Of a stretch of 64,000 bases of DNA, positions 9,955 to 20,145 are shown in pieces. Below the pieces are notes generated by a model. The model was not told the origin of the DNA, ran no database searches, and worked only from the letters and a program-made list of their open reading frames with translations. Source of the stretch: an uncultured Acidobacteriota bacterium (GTDB lineage Bacteria > Acidobacteriota > Thermoanaerobaculia > UBA5066 > Gp7-AA6); NCBI GenBank assembly GCA_963708395.1, contig CAVPSG010000002.1:1804401-1868400 (forward strand), given 5' to 3'. Positions within the stretch are counted from its first letter, which is position 1; each line of letters starts with the position of its first letter. The translations under genes and the position numbers were made by a program.

Positions 9955-11178
9955 ATGGTGTCGATGGCGGCTTTCGCTTCCATGGCGTGGCGTGGAGTCT
10001 CTCTCGTTCTTCTCGTCACGCTCTCGATTTCGATCCTCTATTCCGTCCTCGTTCTGCTGCGGGTCGCGTTCTTCCGCCTTCCCGCAAAGTCCGACCGCGC
10101 GTTCACGCCCCCGGCGACTCTCCTGAAGCCGGTCTGCGGCCTCGAGCCCGAGCCGGTTCTCTACGACTGCCTGCGATCGTTCTGCGAGCAGGATTACCCG
10201 AGCTACCAGATCATCTTCGGCGTCCGTCGGCCCGACGATCCTGCCGTTGCCGTCATCGAGCGCCTGTTACGCGACACGACCCATCCCGACGCCTCGCTGA
10301 TCGTCGATGGCCGTGTCTACGGCGCCAATCGCAAGCTCTCCAACCTCACGAACATGTATGAGGCCGCCCGCCACGACATCCTGGTCTCGGCGGACGCCGA
10401 CGGAAGCGTCGGGCCCGACTACCTGCGATCCGTTGTCGCGCCTTTCGCCAGCAGCCGGGTCGGCGCGTTGACCTGCCTGTACGTCGGCAAGCCCCAGAGG
10501 GGCGTGTGGTCGGCGCTCGGCGCGGATTTCATCAACGACGTGATCCTTCCTTCGGTCTTGATGGCCCTGGCGCTGGGCAAACTGCGCTTTCTCTTCGGGA
10601 ACACGATGGCTGTGCGCCGGGAGGTGCTCGAAGAGATCGGAGGATTTCGAGGGTTGACGACGTACCTCGCCGATGACTATCTGATCGGCCGACGGGTCAG
10701 TGACCGGGGCCTGGACGTCCGCCTGGCTTCCTACGTGGTCGAGACCGTCATTTCGGAGCCCCGCCTGTCGTCGCTCTTCGCCCACGAGCTGCGCTGGGGC
10801 CGCACGTTTCGAACGGTGCGGCCCGCCGGATGGACTCTCTCGGTGCTGACCGACACGACGGTCCTGGCGTTTCTTTTCCTCCTGGTCTCCGGCGGCCAAT
10901 CCCTGGCGGTCGGCCTCTTCGCGGCGGCGGCCGGGCTTCGGTTCGGCCTTCACAAAATGGTGCGACGCCGGTTCGGCATCGACGGGCCGGATCCACTCTG
11001 GCTGGTTCCGGTGCGGGATGTCCTGACATTCGCCGTCCGGATCGCGAGCCTGGTGGGCCGTCGCCTCGTGTGGAAGAAGGAGCGTTTCTTCGTCGTCTCC
11101 TCCGGGCACCTCGAAACGGAGGCGAGCCCTTCCGAGCGGAATCGATGCGCGCCGGACTCCGTGTCAGCGCAACAGTAG
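9955..11178 (+). CDS. hpnI: Hopanoid-associated glycosyltransferase HpnI (GT21, ceramide-glucosyltransferase-like)
   Basis: N-terminal TM, then TLLKPVCGLEPEPVLYDCLRSFCEQDYPSYQIIFGV.., D.D and QxxRW-like region (AHELRWGRT), C-terminal TM helices. Layout and motifs of the HpnI family (recalled from memory, not searched). Confidence 0.7.
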   Translation: MVSMAAFASMAWRGVSLVLLVTLSISILYSVLVLLRVAFFRLPAKSDRAFTPPATLLKPVCGLEPEPVLYDCLRSFCEQDYPSYQIIFGVRRPDDPAVAVIERLLRDTTHPDASLIVDGRVYGANRKLSNLTNMYEAARHDILVSADADGSVGPDYLRSVVAPFASSRVGALTCLYVGKPQRGVWSALGADFINDVILPSVLMALALGKLRFLFGNTMAVRREVLEEIGGFRGLTTYLADDYLIGRRVSDRGLDVRLASYVVETVISEPRLSSLFAHELRWGRTFRTVRPAGWTLSVLTDTTVLAFLFLLVSGGQSLAVGLFAAAAGLRFGLHKMVRRRFGIDGPDPLWLVPVRDVLTFAVRIASLVGRRLVWKKERFFVVSSGHLETEASPSERNRCAPDSVSAQQ

Positions 11179-12789
11179 CGACGCGAAGACACGCCACTGC
11201 GTGCCCCGGACCGCGGCGGTCCGTTCGGGGTAGGCGGTCACGCGGTCGTTCCAGGTCCAGGCTCCTCCGACCGCCAGGGCGCCGTAGACCGGCAGGCGCC
11301 CTTCCACCCGAAACGACTGGAGGCGGCTCGAGAGCGATGCCTCGACCGGGAGCGATGCCCCGCTGGTCGTATGAGTCCACAGGGCTTCGTAGCCGATCCG
11401 GAGGAGGTCCAGGCCGGCCCGGTCGAGTCTCGCCAGTGAGCGCACGCCGCCGCCGACGCCGTAGTCGTACGGCCGGCCGGCGGCGGTGAACTGATACAGC
11501 ATGTCGTTCGCCTGCAGGGCCGTGACGGGGAAGCCGACGCCGGCGATCTCGGTACGCAGCTCCAATCCGCGTGACAGCGGGAAGCGCGAGAGCAAGTCGA
11601 CCGAAAACGTCTGCGTCGAGAAGATCTCGGACTGATTGTTCGTGTACTCGTATCCCATGAAAAGACCCAGGCGATGCTCGGCGGCCGCCGACGACGAGAT
11701 CCCCCAGGACGCGAGCAATCCACGCTCCAGCCACCGGCTGCCGACGTCTTTCGACGAAGGGTAGATTTCGAGCAAGGCCTCGAAGGAGTCGAAGGGCTTG
11801 TGGTTCTCGCCGGAAAAGGCGTCGCCGTAGCGGATCAATACGCCGAGAAGACCCTGGTTCGGGAAGAGCACGACGGAGGGAGGGCCGTCGTTCAGCCGCT
11901 GGTATCCGGCATACACCTCGGCCGAGAACGCCGCGGGCATGCGGTCGTCGGGGTTCGGAAAGTCTTTCGCCAGCTCTCCGCGAACGTGCCGGTTGAAGAG
12001 GCCGGGGGGGTTGAGCACGGCCGCGCCGATCTCGCGGAAGAGCCGGCTGGCGCCGCTGGCCCTGTTGTCCAGGAGCATGGTCGAAAGACGGTACAAAACC
12101 TCGCCCGTCACGGCGCCGCCGAGAGAGGTGGTGAGGACGTCGTTGAGCGATGCCGCCTCGGTCTCGCCGAAGTACTCCCACATCAGGCTGCCGGCCGCCG
12201 CGAAGAGGGTCGATTCCCAGAAGTTGAAGCCGTTCGTGCGCGAGGCGTTGTAGTAGATGGTTCCGTTGAAGGGGTGGAGGGTCTGGTTGGTCGGAAAGTC
12301 GTCGTGGTGGTCGTAGACCAGGCCCGTCTTCAGATTGGCTTTCCAGGAGTCCAGCGAGATGAATGACCAGGGATCTTCCAGGATGTACCGCTCGATGAGC
12401 CACATGGCGACGTTCACTCCGAAGACTTCCCCGGCGGCCATCCAAAAGTACTTCTTCGGCGCCGCGGCCGGTGCCGCTCGACCTTCCGAGCCGAGCCGGA
12501 GGGGCAGCCCGAGGGAGAGATCCGGAGGCGTGGTCAGCGGTTCGGCAGCCGGGGAGAGCGGATCGAAGAGGGAGCTCCCACGTTCGTCCGGAAAAAGACG
12601 GAACCCGGGTTGCTCGATTGCGGGTCCGCTTTGCTTCTCCAGCCGGAGCGGCGCGTCGCTGCACAACTCGAGCGCGCGCCCCGGAGCCGCCGCCGCGGCT
12701 CCCCCGAAGAGCAGCGTCCCCGCCGCCCAGAGCGACAGGAGGCTGTTTGGCGGGCGCACCCGGCGCAGACCGCTCTTCCGGATACGCAC
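11164..12789 (-). CDS. Secreted hypothetical protein (possibly DUF3943-like), opposite strand between hpnI and hpnJ
   Basis: GTG at 12789 gives signal peptide ..LRRVRPPNSLLSLWAAGTLLFGGAAAAAP. Trp/Tyr-rich 540-aa mature protein (NGFNFWESTLFAAAGSLMWEYFGE). A start at 12936 would overlap the hpnJ start, so was rejected. Confidence 0.45.
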   Translation of the reverse strand: MRIRKSGLRRVRPPNSLLSLWAAGTLLFGGAAAAAPGRALELCSDAPLRLEKQSGPAIEQPGFRLFPDERGSSLFDPLSPAAEPLTTPPDLSLGLPLRLGSEGRAAPAAAPKKYFWMAAGEVFGVNVAMWLIERYILEDPWSFISLDSWKANLKTGLVYDHHDDFPTNQTLHPFNGTIYYNASRTNGFNFWESTLFAAAGSLMWEYFGETEAASLNDVLTTSLGGAVTGEVLYRLSTMLLDNRASGASRLFREIGAAVLNPPGLFNRHVRGELAKDFPNPDDRMPAAFSAEVYAGYQRLNDGPPSVVLFPNQGLLGVLIRYGDAFSGENHKPFDSFEALLEIYPSSKDVGSRWLERGLLASWGISSSAAAEHRLGLFMGYEYTNNQSEIFSTQTFSVDLLSRFPLSRGLELRTEIAGVGFPVTALQANDMLYQFTAAGRPYDYGVGGGVRSLARLDRAGLDLLRIGYEALWTHTTSGASLPVEASLSSRLQSFRVEGRLPVYGALAVGGAWTWNDRVTAYPERTAAVRGTQWRVFASLLLR

Positions 12790-12902
12790 GGAATGATCTT
12801 CCTCGTTGCTGCGCCCGGAAGTCGGGCGGGAACGGCGGATGATAGCGCACGCGCCCGGTCGATGGTCTTCCCGAGACCTGATACGCTCGGGGGCTGACGG
12901 GC

Positions 12903-14327
12903 ATGAAAAAGACGCTCTTCTTGAATCCTCCCTCATACGAGGGGTTCGACGGGGGAGCGGGCTCGAGGTACCAGGCGCGCCGAGAGATCCGCTCGTTCTG
13001 GTATCCGACCTGGCTGGCCCAACCGGCGGCTCTGGTGCCGGGTAGCCGGCTCGTGGACGCGCCGGCTCGCGGGCTCTCGGTGGCCGACGTCCTGCCTCTG
13101 GCCGGGCAGTACGAGCTGGCGGTGTTTCACACGAGCACGCCGTCCTTTGCCGAGGACGTGCGCGTGGCGGAGGAGTTCAAGAGGGCCAACCCGAACCTTC
13201 AGATCGGGTTCGTAGGTGCGCACGTGGCCGTGTCCCCGGAGGCGTCGCTTGGGGCGTCGGAGGCGGTGGACTTCGTCGCGCGCGCCGAATTCGACTACTC
13301 GATACTCGAGGTTGCCGAGGGAAGGCCGTTCGATGCCGTGGATGGAATCTCCTTCAAAGTGGACGGCCGGGTCGTGCACAACAAGGAGCGCGCGACGCTG
13401 GAGAACATGGACGCGCTGCCGTTTGTCACCGACGTCTACAAACGAGATCTCCACATCGAGGATTACTTCATCGGGTACCTGTTGCACCCCTACGTCTCGC
13501 TCTACACGGGCCGCGGCTGCCGGTCGCGGTGCACGTTCTGTCTCTGGCCGCAAACGATCGGGGGCCACCGCTACCGCACGCGCAGTCCCGAGAACGTGAT
13601 CGAGGAGATCCGGCGGGCGAAGGAGTTCTTTCCGCAGGCCAGGGAATTCTTCTTCGACGACGACACGTTCACCGACGATCTCCCGCGGGCGGAGGCGATT
13701 GCGCGGGGGCTCGGCGAGCTCGGGGTCACGTGGTCCTGCAACGCGAAGGCGATCGTTCCGTACGAGACGCTGAAGATTCTCAAGGACAATGGGCTGCGAC
13801 TGCTGCTGGTGGGCTACGAGACGGGCAGCCAGCAGATCCTGAACAACATCCGCAAGGGGACGCGCGTGGACGTCGCGCGGCGCTTCACCGCGGACTGCCA
13901 CAAGCTCGGCGTCGTCATCCATGGCACGTTCATCGTGGGGCTGCCGGGCGAGACGCCGGAGACGATCGAGAGCACGATCCGATTCGCAAACGAGATCAAC
14001 CCGCACACGATCCAGGTATCGCTGGCCGCCCCGTATCCCGGCACCGAGCTGTACCAGCAGGCGTCGGCCAACGGATGGCTCGACCTGGACAGCCAGAGCC
14101 TCGTCGGCTCGAACGGCGTGCAGGTCTCCTCGATCTCCTATCCGCACCTGTCCAAGAAGGAGATCTTTCAGGCGGTCGCCAAGATGTATCGGCGCTTCTA
14201 CTTCCGACCCAAGAAGATCGTCGAGATGACCTCCGAGATGATCCGGAGCCCCGAGATGATGCGGCGCCGGCTGCGCGAGGGCGTCGAGTTCATGCACTTC
14301 TTGACGGGCCGCGAAGATCACGTCTGA
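12903..14327 (+). CDS. hpnJ: Hopanoid biosynthesis B12-binding radical SAM protein HpnJ
   Basis: MKKTLFLNPPSYEGFDGGAGSRYQARREIRSFWYPTWLAQPAALV.. (HpnJ-type N-terminus), B12-binding-like region, radical-SAM Cys cluster YTGRGCRSRCTFCLWP, 474 aa. Confidence 0.75.
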   Translation: MKKTLFLNPPSYEGFDGGAGSRYQARREIRSFWYPTWLAQPAALVPGSRLVDAPARGLSVADVLPLAGQYELAVFHTSTPSFAEDVRVAEEFKRANPNLQIGFVGAHVAVSPEASLGASEAVDFVARAEFDYSILEVAEGRPFDAVDGISFKVDGRVVHNKERATLENMDALPFVTDVYKRDLHIEDYFIGYLLHPYVSLYTGRGCRSRCTFCLWPQTIGGHRYRTRSPENVIEEIRRAKEFFPQAREFFFDDDTFTDDLPRAEAIARGLGELGVTWSCNAKAIVPYETLKILKDNGLRLLLVGYETGSQQILNNIRKGTRVDVARRFTADCHKLGVVIHGTFIVGLPGETPETIESTIRFANEINPHTIQVSLAAPYPGTELYQQASANGWLDLDSQSLVGSNGVQVSSISYPHLSKKEIFQAVAKMYRRFYFRPKKIVEMTSEMIRSPEMMRRRLREGVEFMHFLTGREDHV

Positions 14328-14385
14328 GGATTGCGAAGCGACGGCCGCGGCCGGGAGGTCGAGGAGGCCCGCCGGATCCGCGCGG

Positions 14386-15735
14386 CTACTCCCGCTCGAC
14401 TTCGATGCCGTAGCTCTTCAATTTCCGATACAGGTTTGACCGCTCGATCTGGAGTGTCTCCGCGGCGCGCGTGACATTGCCGCGGAACCGGCGCAGCGCG
14501 GCGAGGATGTAGCGCCGCTCGAAGTCGTCGCGGGCCTCGCGCAGGGGCGCGTCGGGCGCGACCGCGCCGTGCTCGGGCCGGAACTCGGCCGGCAGATCCT
14601 CGACCCCGATCTCGGGGTGCGGCGACAGGATCATGAGACGCTCGATGAGGTTCTTGAGCTCCCGGACGTTTCCGGGCCAACGATAGGCGCGCAGCGCGTC
14701 GAGGGCCGCGGGGGACAGCGGTTTGGGGCGGCGGCCGAGGCGCTGCGAGGCGACTTCGAGAAAGTGCCGGCAGAGCGTTGAAAGGTCTTCGAAGCGGTCC
14801 CGTAACGGCGGGACGTCGAGCGGCACGACGGCGAGGCGGAAGTAGAGGTCCTCGCGGAACCGGCCGGCGCGAATCTCCGAAGGGAGGTTCTTGTTCGTCG
14901 CGGAGAGGATCCGGGCGTCGGACTCGATCGGCCGCGTGCCCCCCACGCGCGTGAATCTCCCTTCCTGCAGCGCGCGAAGGACCTTCGCCTGCGTGCGCGC
15001 GGACATGTCGCCGACCTCGTCGAGGAAGAGCGTCGCGCCGTCGGCCTCCTCGAATTTCCCCCGCCGATCCTCCGAGGCGCCCGTAAACGAGCCGCGCACG
15101 TGCCCGAAGAGCTCCGACTCGATCAGCTCCTCGGGGATCGCCGCGCAGTTGACCTCGATGAGGCGCGAGTCCGCTCGCGCCGAGCGGCGATGGATCGCGC
15201 GCGCGATGAGCTCTTTGCCCGTGCCGCTCTCTCCGGTGATGAGGACGCGGGCGTCCGTCGGCGCCACGCGTGCGATCTCCTCCTTCAGCCGCCGCATCGA
15301 CGCCGACTCGCCGATCAGCTCTTCGGGCTCGCTCTGGCCTCGGAAGGAGGCGAGCTCGGCCAGAAGACTCCGCCGCTCGATCGCCTTCTTCGCGGTCAGG
15401 AGCACCCGGTCGAGCGAGAGCGGCTTCTCGAGGAAGTCCTCGGCGCCGAGGCGCACGGCGCGCACGGCCGTCTCGACGTTGGCATGTCCGGAGATCATGA
15501 CGACCGGAAGCTCGGCCAGCCGGTCGCGCGCCGCCTCGAGGATCGAGAGGCCGTCGCGATCGCGGAGCCAGACGTCGAGGAAGACGAGATCGAGCGAGTC
15601 TTCCGAGATCCGCCGCAGCCCTTCTTCGCCGGATTCGACCGCGGTGACGAGGTAGCCCTCGTCCGTCAGGATCTGCGAGAACGTCTCCCGCACCGCGCGT
15701 TCGTCATCGATGACGAGGATGCGCTTCTTCTTCAC
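14386..15735 (-). CDS. Sigma-54-dependent response regulator (NtrX/NtrC-like)
   Basis: GTG start overlapping the kinase stop (GTGA). Receiver domain (KRILVIDDE..LVFLDVWL), AAA+ sigma54 domain (GESGTGKELIARAIH, GAFTGA-like ESELFGHVRGSFTGA), C-terminal Fis-type HTH. The track shows it fused to the kinase as one 1169-aa ORF. Confidence 0.85.
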   Translation of the reverse strand: MKKKRILVIDDERAVRETFSQILTDEGYLVTAVESGEEGLRRISEDSLDLVFLDVWLRDRDGLSILEAARDRLAELPVVMISGHANVETAVRAVRLGAEDFLEKPLSLDRVLLTAKKAIERRSLLAELASFRGQSEPEELIGESASMRRLKEEIARVAPTDARVLITGESGTGKELIARAIHRRSARADSRLIEVNCAAIPEELIESELFGHVRGSFTGASEDRRGKFEEADGATLFLDEVGDMSARTQAKVLRALQEGRFTRVGGTRPIESDARILSATNKNLPSEIRAGRFREDLYFRLAVVPLDVPPLRDRFEDLSTLCRHFLEVASQRLGRRPKPLSPAALDALRAYRWPGNVRELKNLIERLMILSPHPEIGVEDLPAEFRPEHGAVAPDAPLREARDDFERRYILAALRRFRGNVTRAAETLQIERSNLYRKLKSYGIEVERE

Positions 15736-17895
15736 GCGGCCGGCAGCTCGATGATGAAGCGGGCTCCGCGTGGCCGGTTGTCCTCGACGCGGATCGTGCC
15801 GCGGTGATCCGCGACGATGCGGTAGACGATCGCGAGGCCGAGTCCCGTGCCGCGGCCCTTCGTCGTGAAGTCGGGCAGGAAGAGCTTTTCCCGGTCGCGT
15901 GCCGGGACGCCGCGCCCCGTGTCGGCCACCTCGATCGTGCAGCCGCCCTCGCGGTCCGAGAGGGTGACGACGATCTCCCCCTTCTCGCCGCACGCCTCGA
16001 GCGCGTTGTCGATCAGGTTCACGAGCGCGCGCTTGATCTGGTCCGGATCGAGGACGACGGTGTCGCGCGCCAGGCGCGTGTCGACGCGCACCGCGATGCC
16101 CTCGCGCTCGCCCTCGAAGAGCCGGACGGCGGATCGCGCGAGCTCGGTCAGGTCCGTCGGCTCCGGGCGCATCTGCGGCAGGCGCGCGAAGCGCGAGAAC
16201 TCGTTGACGAGCGACTTCAGGAACCCGACTTCTTCGACGATGATCCGCGTGCCGCGCTCGATCGTCTCCGGCAGGTCCGGCTCCCCGGCGCGGAAGCGCC
16301 GCAGGATGCGCTCGGCCGACAGGCGGATGGGCGTCAGCGGGTTCTTGATCTCGTGCGCGACGCGCCGCGCGACCTCGCTCCAGGCGGCGAGCCTCTGCTC
16401 GCGCGCGACGTGCGTCGTGTCCTCGAGCGCCAGCACCCAGCCGCGCCCGCCGCCGCCGGACGAGGGCAGGCGGACGCACCGAGACCTCGATGTGCCGCCC
16501 GCCCGACTCGTCCGAGAGCACGAGCTCCCGCGGCGCCGCCGGCGGGGCGCCCGACCGCGCCTCCTCGAGGAGGCCCACGAGCGGCTCGAGGTCCGGGCGT
16601 GCGGCGAGCGAGACGGACGTGACTTCGTCCGTCAGGCCGAGCAGCGCCCGGGCGGCGGGATTGCAGACCGTGATCTGGCCGCCGGCGTCCAGCGCGATGA
16701 CGCCGGTCGTCACGGACTCGAGCACCGTCGAGAAGAGGCGGCGCTCGAGCTCGAGCCGCCGGTTGGAGTCCTGGAGCTCGGCGTTCGTGTGGAGGAGCGC
16801 GCCGCGCGCGTCCTCGAGTCCCGCCGCCATGCGGTTGAAGGACTCGACGAGGACCGCGAGCTCGTCGGTGGCCGGCACGTCCACGCGTGCGGAGAAGTCG
16901 CCCGAGCGCAGCCGGCCCGTCGAGGCGGCGAGCGCCCCGATCGGCTCGGTGATGCGTTTTGCGAGCGTCAGGCCGGTCCAGATCGACGCGAAGAGGATCG
17001 CGAGCGTCAGGAGGAGGAAGGTCGAGATGTTCGCCGCTTTGATCGCGGGCTTCTGCACCTCGAGCTTCTGATACTCGCTCCAAGCGGCGGCGATTTCGTC
17101 GAGGGACCGAGCCTCCGCGGCCGGCAGCCGGATTCCGGCGACGAAGACGCGGTCGCCGCTGCGGAAGGCCGCTCGATACCGATGGCTGCCGTCCTTGAGC
17201 ACCTCGATCTTGAAGGGCTCGCCCTCGGCACCGTCGCCCCCGAGCGTCCCGGCCGCGAGCGGCGGCGGCTGCGGGTCGGCCGCGGCGACGGCCACGCGGC
17301 TTCCGCCGCGGTAGATCTCGAGGGAGTCGAGGCCCCGTTCGCGCCGGCGGGTCTCGAGGGGCGGCACCGCGTCTCCCGAAAGCTCGGGCGCGGCGGCGGA
17401 CACGGACTTCGCCTCGTCGAGCGCCTGATCGAGGACCCGCCGCTCGGCGCGATCCTGGACGGCGCGAGCCTGGACGACGACCTGGCGCACGGGCGTCGAG
17501 AACCACCGATCGATCGTGCTCTGGAGCAGGCCGGTCGCTGAGAAGAAGACCAGCGCCACGGGAATGGCGGTCAGGCCGATGTAGGTGACGAGGAGCTTCG
17601 TCTGGAACCGCGAGCCGAGGGCCGGGCGCCGCCGGTCGAGCCAGGCCTTGAGCAGGGTACGGCCGAGCACGAAGAGCACCGCGGCCATGAGGGTGACGTT
17701 CAGGTACGAGAGGACGAAGAGGAGGAGGCCGCGCGTGATCGTCGCGGGATCGAGCTCGGCGGCGCGCTGCTCCAGGACGGAGACGGCGGCCCACACGACG
17801 AGAACCGTCAGGACCAGACCCACGATGAGCCGGTTGTCCTTCCGGCGGCGGAGGATCTCGCTCGCGATCTTCACGACGCCCGCCTCACGGCGCAC
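15732..17895 (-). CDS. Sensor histidine kinase (NtrY-like: multi-TM, HAMP, PAS, HisKA, HATPase_c); frameshift near 16440-16480
   Basis: N-terminal TM helices, HAMP, PAS (LESVTTGVIALDAGGQITVCNPAA), H-box HEIKNPLTPIRLSAE and HATPase (DNALEA..DTGRGV..GTGLGL) in the 15732..16436 frame. The frame breaks in a GC run ggcggcggcggg upstream of the H-box. Confidence 0.75.
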
Positions 17896-18478
17896 CCGCC
17901 GGCGCCGGCACGACGAACTTCTGAGACTTCTTCCACGAGGTCCGCGAATCCACGGGGATGAAGGCGAAGAGATACCTCGAGTCGAAGGCGGCGCGCATGT
18001 GCACCACGAGGTTGTGGCTCGGCCACTCCGGCCGGACGTGAAAGGCGAGCAGGTTCTCTCGGGAAACGAGCTGACGCTTCACGTCTTCGAAATCCGCGGT
18101 CGTCGCGCGCGAGAGCGGCTTGTCATCCAGAGTCTCGACCACGACGTACTCGCGCGTGACCGGGTCGAAAGTGACGGAGACGTCGTACCGCCGCGAGTCG
18201 AGGAACGTGTCGAACCAGTACCGGTACTGCCGGTAGAGGCGGATCTCGTAGCGGATCGTGGTCTCGAGGCCGGCCTCGATCCGGCGCGCGAGCTCCGGGT
18301 TCAGGACTCCGGAGAGCTCGAACTTCAGGAACACGTCCGCGCCCCGGTTGGTGACCCGCAGGAGCGTGACCATTGGCCGCGCCGGCTCTCCGGCCCCGGC
18401 GTCGGCCGCCCGAGCCGGCGGCGACCCGTTCAGAGAAAGAGCCAAAAGGGCCACCAAGGCCCGTCGTTTCCGCCCCAC
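17885..18478 (-). CDS. DUF4390-like periplasmic protein upstream of the NtrY-like kinase
   Basis: Signal peptide MGRKRRALVALLALSLNGSPPARA, about 170-aa domain. Conserved position immediately 5' of the kinase, with overlap. Confidence 0.5.
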   Translation of the reverse strand: MGRKRRALVALLALSLNGSPPARAADAGAGEPARPMVTLLRVTNRGADVFLKFELSGVLNPELARRIEAGLETTIRYEIRLYRQYRYWFDTFLDSRRYDVSVTFDPVTREYVVVETLDDKPLSRATTADFEDVKRQLVSRENLLAFHVRPEWPSHNLVVHMRAAFDSRYLFAFIPVDSRTSWKKSQKFVVPAPAGAP

Positions 18479-18527
18479 GAGCGGATTCTAGGCGAGGCGG
18501 CGGCCCGGGGTCGGGGCGCGGCGGGGG

Positions 18528-19409
18528 CTAGGTCCGGATGGCGCGGCGCGGCACGGCCGCCGGCTCCGCGCGCGGCGACTGCAGCGCCGCCTCGAGGGCG
18601 CTCACGAACTCCACGTGGAGGGCATGTCCGGCTTTGCTCGCGTGGATGCGGCCGGTCAGGGGCCGCCCGAGCAGGGAGAGGTCCCCGAGAAGGTCCAGGA
18701 TCTTGTGCCGCACGAACTCGTCGCGGAAGCGCAGCGGCCCCGAGAGGATGCCGGCGTCGTCGAGCACGACGGCGTTCTGGAGCGATCCGCCGCGCGCGAG
18801 GCCGCGCGCCCGCAGCTGCTCGACTTCCTTCACGAAACCGAAGGTGCGCGCCGGCGCGATGCGCGCCGCGTACTCCTCCGGGCGCACGCTCCAGGTCAGG
18901 GTCTGCTTCCCGACGTACGGGTGCGGGAAGTCGATGTCGTAGGTGATCGTGAGGCCGTCGCCGTCGGGCATGTAGAGGATCGACTTGTCGCCGCGCTCGA
19001 TGGAGAGCTCGCGGTCGAGCGCCGCCAGGCGCACCGGGGCGTCCTGGCGCTCGAAGCCCGCGGCGTGGAAGAGTCGGACGAACGGCAACGCCGAGCCGTC
19101 CAGGATCGGGACCTCGGGCCCCGCGATTTCGATCCGGCAGTTGTCGAGCCCCTCGCCGGCGGCGGCCGAGAGCAGGTGCTCCACGGTGCCGATCGAGATT
19201 CCGTCGGACGAAAGCGTGGTGGCGTAGTCGAAGGTGGAAGCGGATCCGACGCGCGCCGGAATCGGTCTCTCGGGCCGGTCCACGCGGACGAAGACGAGGC
19301 CGGTGTCGGGCGGCGCCGGCACGAAGTGCGCCGCCACAGGGTGGCCGGAATGGAGGCCGACCCCTTCGATCGAAACCCCTGTTTTCAGTGTGGTTTGAGA
19401 CCGAATCAT
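18528..19409 (-). CDS. lpxC: UDP-3-O-acyl-N-acetylglucosamine deacetylase
   Basis: MIRSQTTLKTGVSIEGVGLHSGHPV..HLLSAAAG.GLDNC.IEI.GPE.PILDGSA.PF..HKILD.LGDL.L, full length (293 aa). Confidence 0.9.
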   Translation of the reverse strand: MIRSQTTLKTGVSIEGVGLHSGHPVAAHFVPAPPDTGLVFVRVDRPERPIPARVGSASTFDYATTLSSDGISIGTVEHLLSAAAGEGLDNCRIEIAGPEVPILDGSALPFVRLFHAAGFERQDAPVRLAALDRELSIERGDKSILYMPDGDGLTITYDIDFPHPYVGKQTLTWSVRPEEYAARIAPARTFGFVKEVEQLRARGLARGGSLQNAVVLDDAGILSGPLRFRDEFVRHKILDLLGDLSLLGRPLTGRIHASKAGHALHVEFVSALEAALQSPRAEPAAVPRRAIRT

Positions 19410-19612
19410 GCTTCGCTCACCTCGCTACTCCGCATCTTCAATGCCAGGGATGGACGTCGGAGGAACGAATCCCAGAAGTCTTTCATTTCAGGACACTTCA
19501 TTTCGCCGAGAGGAGAGGTCCGGGGGCGGACGGGGTGCCATTTTTGTAGCACTTTTGGGACAGTTCCGTGGCGTCTGCGCCACGGCCTTCCGACGCCCGA
19601 TAGACTCGGGCC

Positions 19613-20101
19613 ATGGCGCGCAGCGGGGCGGAAAAAGTCGGCCCGAAGGCCGCACCGGTCAAGCCGGTGGCGACCAACCGGAAGGCCCACCATGACTACT
19701 TCATCGAAGACCGGGCGGAGGCCGGCCTCGTCCTGACCGGCACGGAGGTGAAGTCCCTCCGCGAGGGGCGCGCGCAGCTGAAGGACTCCTACATCCAGTT
19801 CCGGGACGGCGAGGCTTTCCTCGTCTCGGCGCACATCTCTCCCTATGGCGCCGGTTCGTGGACGAACCACCTGCCGGAACGCGACCGCAAGCTGCTGATG
19901 CACCGCCGCGAGCTCGACCGCTGGGCGGGCGCCGTCGCCACGCGCGGCGTGACCTGCATTCCCCTCTCGCTCTACTTCAAGGGCTCGCACGTCAAGGCCG
20001 AGATCGCCCTCGTGAAAGGAAAGAAGCTCCACGACAAGCGGCAGACGATCCGCGACCGCGAGCTCAAGCGCGAGGCGGATCGCGCGATGCGGCGGCGTTA
20101 G
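19613..20101 (+). CDS. smpB: SsrA-binding protein
   Basis: ..IATNRKA.HDYFIE...EAGL.L.GTEVKSLR.G...L.DSYI.F.DGEA.L...HISPY.., 162 aa. Confidence 0.9.
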   Translation: MARSGAEKVGPKAAPVKPVATNRKAHHDYFIEDRAEAGLVLTGTEVKSLREGRAQLKDSYIQFRDGEAFLVSAHISPYGAGSWTNHLPERDRKLLMHRRELDRWAGAVATRGVTCIPLSLYFKGSHVKAEIALVKGKKLHDKRQTIRDRELKREADRAMRRR

Positions 20102-20145
20102 TCGGCTGCCGAAGAAGAGTTCGGCGGCGGAAGACCTCCTTCGAC

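Noticed and set aside
14386-17895. Single 1169-aa ORF in the track
   Set aside because: It is two genes. The N-terminal part is the NtrY-like kinase read through its frameshifted middle; the C-terminal part is the NtrX-like regulator. The true kinase C-terminus is the separate ORF 15732..16436, ending in a GTGA overlap with the regulator start.
19410-20145. tmRNA (ssrA) expected near smpB
   Set aside because: Scanned both smpB flanks by eye for the tRNA-Ala-like acceptor/T-arm and the GGGG 5' start. Nothing convincing was found; ssrA is probably elsewhere.
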